Positions 62,009 to 64,000 of a stretch of 64,000 bases of DNA are shown here, piece by piece. A program made the translations under genes and the position numbers. The notes below the pieces were generated by a model, which was not told the DNA's origin, ran no database searches, and worked only from the letters and a program-made list of their open reading frames with translations. The number at the start of each line of letters is the position of its first letter. Position 1 is the stretch's first letter. This stretch comes from Bacteroidales bacterium UBA4788 (lineage in GTDB: Bacteria > Bacteroidota > Bacteroidia > Bacteroidales > VadinHA17), in assembly GCA_002402965.1 (NCBI GenBank), contig DHGW01000049.1, positions 3,692 through 67,691 on the forward strand. The letters run 5' to 3'.

Positions 62009-62557
62009 CTATTGCGCCTTACCCTTGAAGGTCTTCATGAAATCCTCGTAGCTCTGTTTCTGCCAGCTGGTGCCGGCAAAATAGTTCAGCATGGGTTCTA
62101 TCTGGGCCGGGGTTTTGTATCCTGATACCGGTGTTATCAGTTCGCCGCTGGCGGTAAGGAAGACCACCGTGGGAAATCCAAGCTTGCCCTGCAGCAGTGC
62201 ATATGCAAGCTGGTGAGTCTTACCGAGGCTCCCGTCGTTAACGAATTTCCTTCCCTGGAAAGTTACCGGTTCCTTGCCTTCGGCATCGAACTTGACAGCG
62301 TAGTATTTTGTGTTGAGTATCTCTGCAATCACGGGATTGGAGAAGGTGTCCTTGTCAAGCTTCTTGCACCACCCGCACCAGTCGGTGTAGGCATCTACGA
62401 ATATGGGTTTCGGGGTAGTCTTCGCGAGAGCAACGGCCTCCTCGATTGAATACCATTTCACGTCAGTGCCCTGTGCGGAAACAAACAGGGCGGGAACGGC
62501 AAGCAGCAGAATAAATAACAGTCTCTTCATATCAGTCTTTAATTCTAATCGTTTCAA
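62009..62557 (-). CDS. Exported thioredoxin-fold protein
   Basis: It has a signal peptide and a WCGWC active-site motif in a thioredoxin-like context. Confidence 0.8.
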   Translation of the reverse strand: MKRLELKTDMKRLLFILLLAVPALFVSAQGTDVKWYSIEEAVALAKTTPKPIFVDAYTDWCGWCKKLDKDTFSNPVIAEILNTKYYAVKFDAEGKEPVTFQGRKFVNDGSLGKTHQLAYALLQGKLGFPTVVFLTASGELITPVSGYKTPAQIEPMLNYFAGTSWQKQSYEDFMKTFKGKAQ

Positions 62558-62711
62558 TTGGTTACAAATAAGTGCACAAATTTAGTGATTCAGATCAATA
62601 ACCAAAATTATGCCACAAAGTTCAATACAGATGTTTTACGACTCTTTTTTTGGAATGTTTTTTTTATACATTTACACACCACGTAATTCTTTATAAACAC
62701 GAAATCTGAAA

Positions 62712-64000
62712 ATGGAAAAGATTAGAAAGACACTTGCCGAATCGAAAGCGGCGAGATGGACTGCCCTTGGGGTAGTGGCATTTACGATGCTGTGCGGTTA
62801 CTACCTGACTGACGTTATGGCTCCCCTGAAGACGATGCTTGAGCAGCAGCTCTCATGGTCCAGCAGTGAATACGGGACTTTCACCGGCGCCTATGGCTGG
62901 TTTAATGTATTCCTGATTATGCTTATTCTGGGAGGCATTATCCTTGACAAGATGGGTGTCCGTTTCACGGGAAAAATGGCAACTCTTCTGATGGTGGCAG
63001 GAACCGCAATCAAATACTGGGCGGTATCAACCAACATGTTTGACGGTCAGATGCTCTTCGGAATTAAGACCCAGGTGCTGGTGGCCGCCCTTGGTTTTGC
63101 ACTGTTTGGTGTGGGTGTTGAAACGGCAGGTATCACAGTTTCAAAAATTATAGTGAAATGGTTCAGGGGCAAGGAACTGGCCCTTGCCATGGGACTTGAG
63201 ATGGCTACCGCCAGGCTCGGTACCATGCTGGCACTCCAGACCTCAGCACCGATTGCAAAGGCTTTAGGGCATGTTTCCATGCCGATACTGATAGCGCTGA
63301 TACTTCTGTGCATTGGCATGATAGCATTCTTTATCTACTGCGGGATGGACAAGCGCCTGGATGCTTCCATTGCTGAAGCGGACAAGGATCTGGTCCGGGA
63401 ACCGGAGGAGAGCTTCAAACTCAAGGACATCGGGTTCATCCTCAAAAACAGGGGCTGGTGGTACATAGCCATTCTCTGCGTTCTCTTCTATTCAGCTGTC
63501 TTTCCGTTCCTCAAGTATGCTTCTGACCTGATGGTCAATAAATTTGGAGTTGATCCGGCAACCGCAGGGACAATACCCTCTTTGCTTCCTCTGGGCACGA
63601 TGGTGCTGACACCGTTCTTCGGTAACCTGTATGACAGAAAAGGCAAGGGTGCAACGATCATGATAATCGGAGCCATACTGCTCATCTTCGTTCATACAAT
63701 GTTTTCAATCCCTGTCTTCAACAAGCCATGGCAAGCCGTGATGCTGATCATCATCCTTGGCATCGGCTTTTCGCTTGTACCGTCAGCAATGTGGCCATCG
63801 GTGCCCAAGATTATACCTATGAAGCAGCTGGGAACAGCGTATGCGCTTATCTTCTGGGTACAGAACTGGGGGTTAATGGGTGTGCCAATGCTTATCGGCT
63901 GGGTGCTTGACAAGTATTGCATAACCGGGACACGTATGATCGACGGAATCTCCGTTCCGACATACAACTACCAGATCCCGATGATGATTTTCACCTCCCT
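62712..64000 (+). CDS. MFS transporter, 3' end truncated by the window edge
   Basis: This ORF is not in the supplied track because no stop codon occurs before the window end. I translated it by hand from the ATG at 62712 (MEKIRKTLAESKAARWTALGVVAFTMLCGYY...). It stays open to position 64000, with many TM helices and an MFS-like loop (LYDRKGKGA). Confidence 0.7.
   Translation, partial: MEKIRKTLAESKAARWTALGVVAFTMLCGYYLTDVMAPLKTMLEQQLSWSSSEYGTFTGAYGWFNVFLIMLILGGIILDKMGVRFTGKMATLLMVAGTAIKYWAVSTNMFDGQMLFGIKTQVLVAALGFALFGVGVETAGITVSKIIVKWFRGKELALAMGLEMATARLGTMLALQTSAPIAKALGHVSMPILIALILLCIGMIAFFIYCGMDKRLDASIAEADKDLVREPEESFKLKDIGFILKNRGWWYIAILCVLFYSAVFPFLKYASDLMVNKFGVDPATAGTIPSLLPLGTMVLTPFFGNLYDRKGKGATIMIIGAILLIFVHTMFSIPVFNKPWQAVMLIIILGIGFSLVPSAMWPSVPKIIPMKQLGTAYALIFWVQNWGLMGVPMLIGWVLDKYCITGTRMIDGISVPTYNYQIPMMIFTS

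Noticed and set aside
1-64000. Prophage, integrative element, defence island, rRNA or tRNA genes
   Set aside because: I found no integrase, transposase, recombinase, phage structural genes, restriction-modification or other defence hallmarks. I could identify no tRNA-like cloverleaf or rRNA segment in the intergenic regions, the longest of which is about 245 nt. This was a visual scan only. tRNAscan-SE/Infernal and a defence-system finder should confirm it.

Overview
The window looks like a chromosomal segment of a Bacteroidota genome. Supporting signs are a T9SS C-terminal sorting domain, CarboxypepD_reg-type TonB-dependent receptors, an ExbB-ExbD-ExbD-TonB cluster with PstS-like and TPR genes, TAnnTTTG -7 promoter boxes, many lipoprotein and TAT signals, and no Shine-Dalgarno-type spacing. 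I call about 57 protein-coding genes. I could not recognise any rRNA, tRNA, CRISPR array, transposase or integrase. Most of the content is housekeeping or envelope related: iorAB, ssb, cls, mltG, nnr, PiT plus its DUF47 partner, a POT peptide transporter, DPP III, glycosyltransferases, and TAT-exported Gfo/Idh/MocA oxidoreductases with a DUF1080 protein. The stand-out locus is a tightly packed six-gene operon at 17771-25029. It is built like hydrogenase-4 / formate hydrogenlyase / complex I: HyfB-, HyfC/NuoH-, HyfE/NuoK- and HyfF/NuoN-like membrane subunits, a NuoC-NuoD/HyfG-like large subunit, and a ferredoxin-remnant::NuoB-like subunit. In this operon the [NiFe] cysteine ligands, three of the four NuoB/HycG cluster cysteines, and one of the two ferredoxin clusters are substituted. 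The charged ion-translocation residues of the membrane subunits are retained. It therefore resembles the poorly understood Ehr (energy-converting hydrogenase related) type, but with an even more degenerate redox arm. It should not be annotated as a hydrogenase. Secondary items are listed below.
- A five-unit degenerate ~47-nt tandem repeat lies in a convergent intergenic region.
- Helically phased CCGTTT repeats and a palindrome lie in the ssb divergent promoter region.
- The SSB lacks the acidic C-terminal tip.
- An AmmeMemoRadiSam radical SAM gene has no AMMECR1 or Memo partner in the window.
- A gingipain-like C25 T9SS protease is divergently paired with a propeller/Y_Y_Y/PP2C sensor.
All functional calls come from reading motifs in the supplied translations. 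No database search was run.
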